Positions 45,627 to 55,751 of a stretch of DNA of 64,000 nucleotides are shown piece by piece. The notes under the pieces are model-generated. The model searched no databases. It saw only the letters and a program-made list of their open reading frames with translations, and had not been told where the DNA came from. The position numbers were made by a program, and so were the translations under genes. The stretch's first letter is position 1. Every line of letters starts with the position of its first letter. Source of the DNA: Bacteriovoracia bacterium (GTDB lineage: Bacteria; Bdellovibrionota; UBA1018; JBFWNL01); contig JBFWNL010000003.1 in assembly GCA_050251055.1 (NCBI GenBank), positions 160,001 through 224,000 on the forward strand, written 5' to 3'.

Positions 45627-46778
45627 CTACTTGGGCGGCGCGTAGTCTTTCTTCAGCGCCCGCCGACGCTCGTGGCGCGAGATCGCCAGATCGATTAGTT
45701 TAGACAAAAGTTCCTTATAAGGAATTCCGGAAGCTTCCCAAAGCTTGGGATACATGCTGATGCTCGTAAAGCCCGGCAGCGTATTCACCTCGTTGAAGTA
45801 GAACTCACCCGTATTGCGATCCAGGAATAAATCTACCCGTGCCATCCCTTCGCACTCGAGCGCGTCGAAGGCCTGCGCCGCCATCACCTGCGCCTGCTTG
45901 AGCTGCTCGGGCGTCAAGCGGGCGGGAATCAAAAGCTCCGCGCCATTGTCATCGAGATACTTCGCCTCGTAAGAATAAAATTCGTGTTTCGGGATGATCT
46001 CCCCGGCCACGCTCACGAGCGGCGGTGCCCCGTGATCTGGATTCTCCAACACCGAGAATTCAATCTCGCGCGCGGCGATTCCCTTTTCGAGCAAAACTTT
46101 CAGATCGTAATCGAACGCGTCTTTAAGCGCGGGTTGCAGATCTTCCCACTTCTTCACCTTGTGCACGCCCACGCTCGAGCCCTGGCAAACGGGCTTCACG
46201 AAGAGTGGGTAGCCCAGGGCTTGCACGGCTTCCTTTAAAAACGCCTCGGCTCCGCGCTGCCACTCGGCCTTCTTTAAAACCCGATACGGCGTCACCTTCA
46301 CACCGGCATATTCAGCGAGGCGTTTCGCCACGGCCTTATCCATCCCCACCGAGGAAGCCAAAACTCCCGCGCCCACGTAGGGAACGTCGGCCAGCTCCAA
46401 GAAGCCCTGGATCGTTCCGTCTTCGCAATATTGGCCGTGCATCACGGGAAACACGACATCAAAGGACTCGGTTCGTGCGGGTGCGCTAGCCGCCTGCGGT
46501 ATAGGCAATAAAGTGGGCGCCCCGTCGGCCGGATGCGGCGGAAGCACCACCGGCACCTGGTTCAAAACCTCGGGAAGTGCCTCCCCTGCGTGCTTTTGGA
46601 GCAAGGCCAGGCTCCCCAGTTGCCACTTCCCCTGCTTATCAATCCCGATGGGAATGATCTCGTACTTGGCCGGATCGAGGTTTTTGATCACCGAAGATGC
46701 CGAACGCAGGGAGATTTCGTGCTCACTGGACCGTCCGCCATAGAGCACCGCGATACGAATTTTCTTTATGGGGGCCAT
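45627..46778 (-). CDS. ddl: D-alanine--D-alanine ligase
   Basis: GGRSSEHEIS, HGQYCEDG, GSSVG, YSYEAKY, NEVNTLPGFT. Confidence 0.96.
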   Translation of the reverse strand: MAPIKKIRIAVLYGGRSSEHEISLRSASSVIKNLDPAKYEIIPIGIDKQGKWQLGSLALLQKHAGEALPEVLNQVPVVLPPHPADGAPTLLPIPQAASAPARTESFDVVFPVMHGQYCEDGTIQGFLELADVPYVGAGVLASSVGMDKAVAKRLAEYAGVKVTPYRVLKKAEWQRGAEAFLKEAVQALGYPLFVKPVCQGSSVGVHKVKKWEDLQPALKDAFDYDLKVLLEKGIAAREIEFSVLENPDHGAPPLVSVAGEIIPKHEFYSYEAKYLDDNGAELLIPARLTPEQLKQAQVMAAQAFDALECEGMARVDLFLDRNTGEFYFNEVNTLPGFTSISMYPKLWEASGIPYKELLSKLIDLAISRHERRRALKKDYAPPK

Positions 46779-46879
46779 GATTGTGAATATAACGAACAAC
46801 ACTCTTGATTCACAGAAAAACCGTCAGTAATGTCGGCTGTATTTTCAAGCACATAGGCCAGTAGAGGGAGAGATACCGG

Positions 46880-48184
46880 ATGGCAAGAACCACTCATGAC
46901 TTGAGCTCGCACCTTTGGGATACCAGCGCTCTGTACCGCAACGCCGTCATGGCGCTCGACAAAGCGGGCAACAGCATGAAGATGGATCCGAACATCCTGG
47001 AGCGCCTGAAGGTTCCGAAGCGCGCCCTGATCGTGAGCGTGCCGATCCGCCTCGACAACGGCGAAGTGCGCGTGTTCGAAGGCTACCGCGTTCAACACAA
47101 TATGACCCTCGGGCCCGGCAAGGGCGGCATCCGCTATCACGAAGACGTGAACCTCTCCGAAGTCGCGGGCCTCGCGATGCTCATGACCCTGAAGTGCTCG
47201 CTCATGGACCTCCCCTTGGGTGGCGCCAAGGGCGGAATTCGCGTCGATGCGACCAAGCTCTCGCGCCAGGAAGCGCAAGCGCTCACCCGTCGTTATACGA
47301 TGGAAATCAGCAACATCATCGGCCCCGAAAAGGACATTCCGGCCCCCGACGTCGGCACCGACGGCCAGACCATGGCGTGGATGTTCGATACCTTTTCGCA
47401 GCAAAAGGGTTACACCGTCTCCGGCGTCGTCACCGGCAAGCCCGTCGAAATCGGCGGCTCCCTGGGACGCGCGGAAGCGACCGGCTTGGGCGTGGTCTTC
47501 ACCATCGAAGAAGCGGTGAAATACCTCAACAACAAAGGGCTCTCGAAAGTTCGCTTGGATTCCTCGACGACCGCGGCCATTCACGGCTTCGGTAAGGTGG
47601 GTAACATCGCCGCGCTCGAGCTTTACAACCGCAAGGTCGCGGTCGTGGCGATCAGCGACCACACGGGCGGCATCTACAATAAGAATGGCATCAACATCCC
47701 GCAAGCCATGGCTTACCTGAAGGAAAATCGGGTACTAAAAGGCTTCCAAGGCGGCGACGTCATCACCAATGAAGAGCTGCTCGCGCTGGATGTCGATGTA
47801 CTGGTGCCAGCCGCCATCGACGGCGTGATCCATTCAGAGAACGTCAGCAAGGTAAAGGCGCGTATCATCGCCGAAGGCGCCAACGGTCCCATCAGCCAGG
47901 ACGCCATGAAGGTACTCGAAGACCGCGGCGCGTTCATCATCCCCGACATTCTTTGCAACGCCGGCGGCGTGACGGTTTCCTACTTCGAATGGGTGCAAGG
48001 CCTGCAGAGCTTCTTCTGGAGCGAGCAGGAAGTGAACCACCGGCTGAAGGAAATCATGGTTCGCGTCTTCAACAAGGTGATTCACACCAAGGAGAAGATG
48101 AATTGCGGCATGCAGAACGCGGCTATGGTGACGGCCATCGACCGCCTTTCGCGCGCGATGTTGCTCAAGGGCTTGTTCCCGTAG
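46880..48184 (+). CDS. gdhA: Glu/Leu/Phe/Val dehydrogenase (glutamate dehydrogenase)
   Basis: GPGKGGIRY, GGAKGG, DIPAPDVGT, EGANGP, NAGGVTVSYFEW. Confidence 0.93.
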   Translation: MARTTHDLSSHLWDTSALYRNAVMALDKAGNSMKMDPNILERLKVPKRALIVSVPIRLDNGEVRVFEGYRVQHNMTLGPGKGGIRYHEDVNLSEVAGLAMLMTLKCSLMDLPLGGAKGGIRVDATKLSRQEAQALTRRYTMEISNIIGPEKDIPAPDVGTDGQTMAWMFDTFSQQKGYTVSGVVTGKPVEIGGSLGRAEATGLGVVFTIEEAVKYLNNKGLSKVRLDSSTTAAIHGFGKVGNIAALELYNRKVAVVAISDHTGGIYNKNGINIPQAMAYLKENRVLKGFQGGDVITNEELLALDVDVLVPAAIDGVIHSENVSKVKARIIAEGANGPISQDAMKVLEDRGAFIIPDILCNAGGVTVSYFEWVQGLQSFFWSEQEVNHRLKEIMVRVFNKVIHTKEKMNCGMQNAAMVTAIDRLSRAMLLKGLFP

Positions 48185-48218
48185 TCGATCCCGGCAAAAG
48201 CCGAACCGTCCGCTTATC

Positions 48219-48581
48219 TTAAACTATCGCGAGACTGCCGGCGGCGAACAACGCCGGCAGTGCTTGGATAAAAAAGATCCGCCGGTTCGCCGTGGCCGCG
48301 CCATAAACTCCAGCTACGATTACGCACCCTAGGAAAAAAAACAAAATCTGCCGGGAAAACTCGGCATGCGGGTTAACGAGGCCCCACACGAGGCCCGCCG
48401 CCAAAAAACCATTGTAGAGTCCCTGGTTGGATGCCAGGACCGCCGACGCCTTCGCTTGTTCTAGGGTTTGTCGAAAAACCTGGAGGCCCTTGAGCTTAGT
48501 CCAAAGGAACATCTCAAGCACGAGGAAATAGACATGGAGAATCGCTACGACCGCGATCAGTAACTTCGCCAACCACTCCAT
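48219..48581 (-). CDS. DUF1304 membrane protein
   Basis: HVYFLVLEMFLW, NQGLYNGFLAAGL. AGGAGG RBS before ATG 48581. Confidence 0.85.
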   Translation of the reverse strand: MEWLAKLLIAVVAILHVYFLVLEMFLWTKLKGLQVFRQTLEQAKASAVLASNQGLYNGFLAAGLVWGLVNPHAEFSRQILFFFLGCVIVAGVYGAATANRRIFFIQALPALFAAGSLAIV

Positions 48582-48600
48582 CCGGAGCTCCCTCCTTGAA

Positions 48601-49983
48601 TCACTCTTCCGAACGCTTGATACCAAGCTCTTTGAGTTTGAGCTGAAGTCCCTTGCGCGAGAGTCCAAGGGCCTCGGCCGTGCGGGTGACGTTGCCGTCG
48701 TTTTCGGCAAGCGATTTTTCGATCAGCTCGCGTTCCACGCTCTGGGTTTGGCGGCGTACGATCTCTTTGAACGAGCTCTCTCCCTCTGCGGGCGGCGGTG
48801 TGCCTCCGGTGGCGGCGAACTTGGCGATTTCCTCGGGCAGATCGGCTAGCCGCAGCGAAGATCCGTCGGCCATGAGAATCATGCGCTCGATCGTGTTCTG
48901 CAGCTGGCGGATGTTACCCGGCCACGCGTAGGTCTTGAACACTCCGAGCACCTCATCTGGCAGATTCGTAACCTTGCGCTCGAGCTTGACGTTGAACTGA
49001 TCCATAAACGTGCGCACGAGCTGCTCGATGTCGTCCCGGCGCTCACGCAGGGGCGGCAGCTGGATCGGCACGACGTTGAGCCGGTAAAAAAGATCCTCGC
49101 GAAAACGCCCTTCTTTTACTTCCTGTTCCAGGTTGCGATTGGTCGCGGTGATGATCCGGACATCCACGGTGGTGCTGTGGATGCCCCCGACGCGCTCAAA
49201 TTGATGCTCTTGTAACACCCGCAGAAGCTTCACCTGCATCTCGAGCGGCATCTCCGCCACCTCATCTAGAAAAATCGTCCCCGTGTTGGCGAGCTCGAAG
49301 CGACCCGGTTTGGCGGTCACCGCGCCCGTAAACGCGCCTTTTTCGTAACCGAAGAGCTCGCTCTCGATCAGGGTCGCCGGAATGGCGCCGCAGTTGATCT
49401 TCACGAAGGGCTTATCCGCCCGGTCCGATTGCTTATGGATCTCGTATGCGACGAGCTCCTTACCGGTACCGCTCTCCCCCAGGATGAGGATCGTCGAAGG
49501 GGAGCGCGCCACCTTGTGGATGACGTTCAGAACTTCCTTCATCTGAGGGTTGTGGCTCACGATCGAGGATACCTGAACGTTGTCCTCCTCGCGGAGACGG
49601 AAGGTCTCCACCGCCTTGCGGGCAACGTTGAGGAGCTCCGTCTGATCGAAGGGCTTGGTGATGAAATCGAACGCGCCTTTCTTCAGCGCCGCGACCGCCG
49701 CCTCGACGGTGCCAAACGCCGTGATAATCACGACGGGAAGATCGGGTAGGTGCTCCTTGCAATATTCCAAGATCTCCATCCCCGTCGGTCCGGGCATGTA
49801 GAGATCGGTGATGACGGCGTGCGGACGCTCTTGTTTGAGCGCCCGCAAAGCTCGGGCGCTGTCGTTAAATACGACGGGCGTGAAGCCCGCGCGCGCGAGC
49901 ATCGCTTCGATCACCAAGGTGATATTCTTTTCGTCATCGACGACGAGGACCTTACCCAAATTCGGAACGGTGGCCGTGCTCAT
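48601..49983 (-). CDS. Sigma54-dependent response regulator (NtrC/AtoC family)
   Basis: Receiver VVDDE/TDLYMP, GESGTGKE, GAFTGA, Fis-type HTH. Confidence 0.96.
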   Translation of the reverse strand: MSTATVPNLGKVLVVDDEKNITLVIEAMLARAGFTPVVFNDSARALRALKQERPHAVITDLYMPGPTGMEILEYCKEHLPDLPVVIITAFGTVEAAVAALKKGAFDFITKPFDQTELLNVARKAVETFRLREEDNVQVSSIVSHNPQMKEVLNVIHKVARSPSTILILGESGTGKELVAYEIHKQSDRADKPFVKINCGAIPATLIESELFGYEKGAFTGAVTAKPGRFELANTGTIFLDEVAEMPLEMQVKLLRVLQEHQFERVGGIHSTTVDVRIITATNRNLEQEVKEGRFREDLFYRLNVVPIQLPPLRERRDDIEQLVRTFMDQFNVKLERKVTNLPDEVLGVFKTYAWPGNIRQLQNTIERMILMADGSSLRLADLPEEIAKFAATGGTPPPAEGESSFKEIVRRQTQSVERELIEKSLAENDGNVTRTAEALGLSRKGLQLKLKELGIKRSEE

Positions 49984-52106
49984 GCGGCGGGCTCCCAAAC
50001 CGGGAACGTTACGACAAAACGCGCATATTGGCCTTCTTCCGACATGACCTCGATCCTACCAGAATGGGCTTCCACAATCTTCTGACAAATGGACAGTCCC
50101 AAGCCCGTTCCACTCGGGGAGGTCGTGAAAAATGGGATAAACAGCTTCTCGAGGTGCTCACGCTTGATGCCTGGACCGTTATCTTCCACGCTAAGGATTA
50201 CCCGACGGGTCGAAGCTTCGCCCTCGAGCCGGACGCTTACCCAAATCTTGCCGTCCTTGCGAACGCTCAGGGCTTTCACGGCGTTCTCGAGCAGGTTAAT
50301 CGCCACCTGCTGGATCTGAACCGGTGCTCCCGCGACGAAGGCCTCTCGGTTTAACGCGCGGAAGTCGATGGCGACCTCCGGGTGCACGGCCTGCATGCGC
50401 TCGCAGGTCTTACGCGCAAGCTCGGCGAGGTCGATCTGTTGGAACTCCACGGCGTTGGGTCGGGAATAGTCCAAGAACTGCGTCACCACGTGATTCAAGC
50501 GATCGGTCTCCTCGACGATCACCTTCAAAAAACGGCTGTCCGGACCGCCGGCGTTGGGATCCAGAAATTGCGCTGCCCCTTTGATGGCCCCTAACGGATT
50601 GCGGATCTCATGGGCAAGACCCGCCGCCATTTCCCCAAGGGCCGCCAACCGCTCTTTCTCGCGCTGACGCACGTAAATCTCGAGATTGCCCAAGGTACGC
50701 GCCACCTGCTCGAAGTAGGGATAAATGATCTGCAGCAGACCCCAGTTCGTGCCCCACGTCGCCGGCGGGGTAGGCGCGTCCAGCGCGACGAACCCTAGGA
50801 TCTTGCGATTGGCGACGAGCGGAATGAGCAGATTGGCCTCCAGGGCCCGCAGGCCTTGGAGTAGGTTCTTGAGATTCGCCCGTTGGGTGCGACTCGCCGA
50901 ACGCTCCATCTCATTCTCAAAAACCTGTCCCAGCAAGACCGGAAGCTCCCCCCGCGACTGCAGGAAAAGGCAGTGCTGTAGGAGCGGGTGATCCAGCAGC
51001 AACTCCCGAATCGGATTGCCCTGGCGATCCTCCTCGTCGCGCCCCTCTCCTCCAGAAAGCACGTGAGGCCGACGCACGCGTGAGACCTGACGGTATTTTG
51101 TTCCCTCGCTTCCCAGTACGTAGAACGCGGACACCCGTGGCTCCAGCGTGGTTGCCAAGAATCGCGCCGCCGCATCGACGAGCGCGCGCAGATCCACGAC
51201 GCCGGTGAGCTCGCGCTGCGCCTCTAGCATCTTCGTCTCCAGCCATTGCTGCTCCTGCGGCAGGAGCTGCCGCGTGAAGTAGGCCACGGCCGCGCGTAGC
51301 GGCTCAAGCAGCATCAAAAGCAGGAAGCTGACGATGAAGGAATTCAGGAAGAAAAGCGCCGGCCGATCCTGAATCCACGCGAACAGTAGCGAGTAAATCG
51401 CGGTGAGCACCAAAGCCACCGCGATCAGCACGAGGAAGCGGGTGAGAAGCGCGCTGAAATTCAAAAGCCGCTGCTGGGAAATCGCCTGACTCAGGAAAAA
51501 CAAGTACACCGTGAGCGCGATGTTGCCCAAAGCCGGTATGATCGGCCCCAGGAAAGGCACGTGGTCCATCGAGGACGTGCCGAGCGCGAAGAGCGCGCCC
51601 ACGTAAATGAGCGTACGTCGTCCCTGGCCGGTCGCGGGGTTGGCGACTTTTGGAAACTGGCGGATTCCTTGGCGCACCCGTCGATCCGCCAGCATCAGGT
51701 ATACCGTCTGCGCGGCGATCAGCGCCGGCGAAAAAAGCACGATGAAGCGCACGCCCGGGAAGTCGTCGAGCCCTAGCACTAGCGCGATGGTCAGGGCGAT
51801 GGCGAGAAACAAGCTAATGTCGAAAAGCCGGCGGACCAAGGGATGCTGGATCCTGACCATAACCCGAATAAAAGCCAATGCCACCGGCGTCAGCCACACG
51901 TTGCACACCAGATGCACCCGGTAGAAAAGCCCGCCCCCTTCCACCGTCTTGTCGAGGAAGAAGCTCATGGCCCAAATGGAAGTGACGATGCAGAAAACCG
52001 CGAAGGCTAGGTACAGCTTGTTGCGATAGTTGCGCGCCAAGGTGGAAGCGGCGAACCCGAAGCTGGCTACCCCCACCAGGAGCGCGGTTTGGCTGAGAAC
52101 GTCCAT
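49980..52106 (-). CDS. Membrane sensor histidine kinase (multi-TM, GAF-like, HisKA, HATPase)
   Basis: LAHEIRNPL, NLLENA, DNGPG, GTGLGL. Overlaps the response regulator by ATGA. Confidence 0.93.
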   Translation of the reverse strand: MDVLSQTALLVGVASFGFAASTLARNYRNKLYLAFAVFCIVTSIWAMSFFLDKTVEGGGLFYRVHLVCNVWLTPVALAFIRVMVRIQHPLVRRLFDISLFLAIALTIALVLGLDDFPGVRFIVLFSPALIAAQTVYLMLADRRVRQGIRQFPKVANPATGQGRRTLIYVGALFALGTSSMDHVPFLGPIIPALGNIALTVYLFFLSQAISQQRLLNFSALLTRFLVLIAVALVLTAIYSLLFAWIQDRPALFFLNSFIVSFLLLMLLEPLRAAVAYFTRQLLPQEQQWLETKMLEAQRELTGVVDLRALVDAAARFLATTLEPRVSAFYVLGSEGTKYRQVSRVRRPHVLSGGEGRDEEDRQGNPIRELLLDHPLLQHCLFLQSRGELPVLLGQVFENEMERSASRTQRANLKNLLQGLRALEANLLIPLVANRKILGFVALDAPTPPATWGTNWGLLQIIYPYFEQVARTLGNLEIYVRQREKERLAALGEMAAGLAHEIRNPLGAIKGAAQFLDPNAGGPDSRFLKVIVEETDRLNHVVTQFLDYSRPNAVEFQQIDLAELARKTCERMQAVHPEVAIDFRALNREAFVAGAPVQIQQVAINLLENAVKALSVRKDGKIWVSVRLEGEASTRRVILSVEDNGPGIKREHLEKLFIPFFTTSPSGTGLGLSICQKIVEAHSGRIEVMSEEGQYARFVVTFPVWEPAA

Positions 52107-52171
52107 AAATGCCGGCCCACTTTAACATGGCGCCCGGCGGGGGTCGTCAGGAATTTGACCGCAAAAAGTCC

Positions 52172-52198
52172 TCCGGTCTGCCTGTACCACGCCGATAA
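52172..52198 (+). promoter_or_regulatory. Possible sigma28 (FliA) promoter
   Basis: Perfect -10 GCCGATAA at 52191-52198, but the -35 element is poor. Confidence 0.3.
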
Positions 52199-52207
52199 GA
52201 ACCCTGT

Positions 52208-52702
52208 ATGAGCGTATCCCGCAATTCCACGCGCTTTCGCATTAACCCGGTCGAACTGGTGATTTTTTCCATCGTTTCGCTCGTGTTCCTGAACTCGGTT
52301 TATAAGCTATTTTATGACTGGCAAAGCGTGAAGACGGCGGCGCTCACTCCCACGCGCCCGGATGGGGACTCCGACCGTCAACCGGCGGCGATCAAGCAAT
52401 CTTTCACGAACCTCGACATCGGGTGCGACCAGGAGAAGATTGATCCCGTGGCTTCGGCCAAGGTGAAGCTCTCGCTCCCCATCTGCGGCCTGAACGCCAA
52501 GGCCGACCTCGCCAAGCTGCGCACGACGGAAATCACGAACTCGGCCAACAAGGCCACCGCCGTGGTTTTTGTGGACTTGAACCTTGCCACGATCTCCACC
52601 GATCTCATCCCGCTGAACGCCGGCGAGAACCCGATTACCGTGAAGTTCAGCTACGACGGCGGCAAAGTCGTCACGCGTCAGTTCGTCATTCAGAAAAAAT
52701 AA
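52208..52702 (+). CDS. Hypothetical membrane-anchored protein
   Basis: One N-terminal TM and a beta-rich C-domain (LNAGENPITV). Confidence 0.75.
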   Translation: MSVSRNSTRFRINPVELVIFSIVSLVFLNSVYKLFYDWQSVKTAALTPTRPDGDSDRQPAAIKQSFTNLDIGCDQEKIDPVASAKVKLSLPICGLNAKADLAKLRTTEITNSANKATAVVFVDLNLATISTDLIPLNAGENPITVKFSYDGGKVVTRQFVIQKK

Positions 52703-52716
52703 GCGAAAAACCAGCT

Positions 52717-53592
52717 CTAGAAAGCGATGCCGTAGTTCAGGCTAACCGAACGCTCGCCCTCGGGAGGTAAATTCGTGCGTGCGCGATCCATGCCTTGGCT
52801 GGAAGCTACCGCCGCGCTCAGGTTCGGGGTCAGCGCACGGCTCAATGAAGCCGTCAGATTCGTTGTCGTCCCTCCATACCGGAGACCGCTCTGCAAACTG
52901 AACACGGGCAGTGGGCGGCTGAAACTCAACGAATAACGCTCAAAATCGTAGGGTTTCAGCGGATCGATCTCCTTGGTCGTGACGTCGACGGATCCATCGA
53001 CTAGGGCCGAGGTCATCCACAGCCTGCCTCTTTGGTCCGGGATATTGGTCTGAGTCCCAAACCGGAACTGTTCCGAAACTTGAACGGAGGTGCTTCCATT
53101 AGCAATCGCCTGGACTTGCGCCTGAACCTTCTGGAAAGTGCGGATATTCTCGGAATTCTTCTCCGCCTTCTTCATGTTCTCCGTCATCTGGTAAGCGAAA
53201 ATATGACGTAGGATGTACCGGGTAAAATCGACGGTGCGGTCGAAGTAGCTTCGATCGTCGTAAGGTGCGACGAGGTTTTGGTTCCGGCGGAGCTCGTACT
53301 CGTCCATCATTTGCTCGTACTGCCGGCGCAGCTGGGTGGCGCTGGAGGGGTCGATGATCTTCGAGTTGAAAACGGCCGACTGGCTCTCCAAACCCAGCCC
53401 TAGGTTCGCTAAGTACCGATCATTGGGCTCCATCGAGCTATGGCGACTCACCAACGCCAGCGGGGAACGGTGAGCCACGGCGCGCTGCGGCGTCGCGGCG
53501 ATTGCCGTATTCTGAAACAAAACTGGGATTATGACTAATAGCAGCAAATCTATCTCCCGACCCCTTATAAAGCAACGGATGTACCACTGCAA
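52717..53592 (-). CDS. Hypothetical exported protein, possible outer-membrane beta-barrel C-terminus
   Basis: Amphipathic strands, terminal LNYGIAF with C-terminal Phe. Start uncertain. Confidence 0.6.
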   Translation of the reverse strand: MQWYIRCFIRGREIDLLLLVIIPVLFQNTAIAATPQRAVAHRSPLALVSRHSSMEPNDRYLANLGLGLESQSAVFNSKIIDPSSATQLRRQYEQMMDEYELRRNQNLVAPYDDRSYFDRTVDFTRYILRHIFAYQMTENMKKAEKNSENIRTFQKVQAQVQAIANGSTSVQVSEQFRFGTQTNIPDQRGRLWMTSALVDGSVDVTTKEIDPLKPYDFERYSLSFSRPLPVFSLQSGLRYGGTTTNLTASLSRALTPNLSAAVASSQGMDRARTNLPPEGERSVSLNYGIAF

Positions 53593-53688
53593 TAGTCAGA
53601 TTTTGATAATAATTTCAAATAGATAGTAAAGTAAAACGGCGCATGACGCAATGCGACCATATAAAAAAGAAAGGGATATAGTCAGGAT

Positions 53689-54336
53689 TTAAACGCCCAG
53701 CAGAATAAAGGCCAACCACAGCACAAAGCCCGAAACCATCGGGATGCTGAAGTTGTCGTCCACTTCGAGCGGGAGTAGCTCCGCCATCCCGCCGGCCATG
53801 CCGCCGATCAGGGAGAGCAAGAACCAGGTGCCCAAAGATACGGGCAGGCTGCTCAACAGCACCAGTGAAGCGAGAAAGCAAACCGCCACGCCCGCCAAGG
53901 TACCGATGAGCGACTTTCCGTTGGCGAAACGAATGGAGCGATCACCATAGAGAATACCAAAGAGCGACGCCAAAGGATCGCCGACGGCCAGGTAAATCAA
54001 GCAAAGTACGGAAATAGTCTTAGGAAAAATGGCGATGGCGATTAAGGCCGCCGCTACATAATAAGGCGTACCGCTGAAGCGGTTGATTTCGGAAGCGCGC
54101 ATCAACGGGCCCATGACCCGGATGGCGAGCGAATTCACGGCCGGAATGCGCAGACGCGCGGTTTCCGTTACGAAGAAGAAGGCAAACGCGAATCCCAAGA
54201 TGACGACCGCCGTGCTGCGATCCATCTGCGTTGCGGTGTAAATGGTCACGATGAGGAAACCCATAAGCATGTGCCAGAGTTTCCTGGCGAGATGCAGATC
54301 GGTTCGCATGTGAAGTTTCGTGTTCATTGAATTCAT
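53689..54336 (-). CDS. CTP-dependent polyprenol/diacylglycerol kinase (SEC59/DGK1/VTE5 family)
   Basis: ARKLWHM, GDPLASLFG, KSLIG, DDNFSIP. Confidence 0.88.
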   Translation of the reverse strand: MNSMNTKLHMRTDLHLARKLWHMLMGFLIVTIYTATQMDRSTAVVILGFAFAFFFVTETARLRIPAVNSLAIRVMGPLMRASEINRFSGTPYYVAAALIAIAIFPKTISVLCLIYLAVGDPLASLFGILYGDRSIRFANGKSLIGTLAGVAVCFLASLVLLSSLPVSLGTWFLLSLIGGMAGGMAELLPLEVDDNFSIPMVSGFVLWLAFILLGV

Positions 54337-54353
54337 TAACCTAGTTGATATAG

Positions 54354-54369
54354 AGCAATTCGGGTGCCA
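54354..54369 (-). promoter_or_regulatory. Sigma54 -24/-12 promoter
   Basis: Minus strand TGGCAC-CCGAA-TTGCT, an exact consensus match. Confidence 0.7.
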
Positions 54370-54653
54370 AGAATGTTTACCAAAGTGGTATTTTTTGGGT
54401 ATCTAAGAGTAAAAAATATCATTTAATTTTAGGTGGTTACAAACGTCAGCCACTTGGCGCAATCCGCTATTTTTATTGCGTTGAGTTAGTTGACTGAGAA
54501 GTGGGAAACCCGCTTCGCAGACCCCCGCCCCCTCCGCGAAGTCAACTTCGCACCTCCCCTCCATGCCCAGAGGGACCGGCTTTAGTCTTGACTCTGCACG
54601 GAGCGCCACTGATCCTAATAGAAGGTGTGCCAAGCCATGGCCAAGGATGGGAG

Positions 54654-55751
54654 ATGGGGGCATTGAAGGTCGTCGGTTTTCCAAAAAACAAAATGAAATC
54701 AAACGAATCGGGCGATCCAGCCACCGAGCCATCTGAATTACCGAACCCCCCAATTGCTGAGCCCGACCACCGCGAGAATACCTCCATTCTCGAAAACCCA
54801 TTCGACTCACTCGCGGTTCCCGGCACGAGCCGCATTAAGCAGATCTGGGCCATTGGCGGGGGCAAAGGCGGCGTCGGCAAGAGCCTAGTGTCCTCGAGCT
54901 TGGCGATAGCGCTCGCGCGCACCGGCAATAAGGTGGTCGCCGTGGATCTCGATCTGGGCGGCGCGAACCTGCACACCGCCTTGGGCGTGGGACTGCCTCG
55001 CCAGACCCTGAGCGACTTCTTCGCCGGGCGCGCGAACGATTTGCAAGATTGCGTTTCGCCCTCGGGCATCCCGAATCTCGACATCATTAGCGGCGCGCAG
55101 GACTCCGTAGGCGTCGCGAACATTACGCACGAAGACAAAGTGAAGCTTTTTCAAAAGTTCCGGGAAGTGGATGCGGACTACCTGATGTTCGACCTGGGCG
55201 CGGGCACGAATCAGAATACGTTGGATTTTTTTCTGTACGCGGACGTGGGCATCATCATCTTGTTACCGGAGCCCACCTCCATTGAGAACGCGTACCGATT
55301 CATCAAGAGCACTTACTATCGCCGCCTGCTGCTCGCCCCCCGCCTCAAAAGCGTGCGGCATCTGATTGAAATCGCGCTGGACGCGAAGAACAAGCTGGGG
55401 ATCAAAACGCCATCGGATCTTTTCCGCGAGATCAACCGAGCGAACCCCGAAGCTGGCATGGCGTTAAAAGAAGAGATCGAGAAGTTCCGTCTAAAGCTCA
55501 TCGTCAACCAGGCGCGCACCCAGACCGACGTCGACATCGGCTTCTCCGTAAAAAGCGTCTGTAAAAAGTATTTCGGGATCGAGATGGATTATATCGGTTA
55601 TCTCGACTATGACAGCGCCGTTTGGCAGGCGGTGCGGCGCAAGCGGCCGCTCATGGTCGAATTTCCCAACTCCCAACTGGTTTCCAGCATTGAAAGAATC
55701 GCGAATTACCTGGTAAAAAGATACGGACACTTAAGAAACAATCTCTACTAA
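54654..55751 (+). CDS. MinD/FlhG-like P-loop ATPase
   Basis: Deviant Walker A GGKGGVGKS, DLDLGGANLH, DLGAG, PEPTSIENAY. Start ATG 54654 or 54693. Confidence 0.88.
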   Translation: MGALKVVGFPKNKMKSNESGDPATEPSELPNPPIAEPDHRENTSILENPFDSLAVPGTSRIKQIWAIGGGKGGVGKSLVSSSLAIALARTGNKVVAVDLDLGGANLHTALGVGLPRQTLSDFFAGRANDLQDCVSPSGIPNLDIISGAQDSVGVANITHEDKVKLFQKFREVDADYLMFDLGAGTNQNTLDFFLYADVGIIILLPEPTSIENAYRFIKSTYYRRLLLAPRLKSVRHLIEIALDAKNKLGIKTPSDLFREINRANPEAGMALKEEIEKFRLKLIVNQARTQTDVDIGFSVKSVCKKYFGIEMDYIGYLDYDSAVWQAVRRKRPLMVEFPNSQLVSSIERIANYLVKRYGHLRNNLY

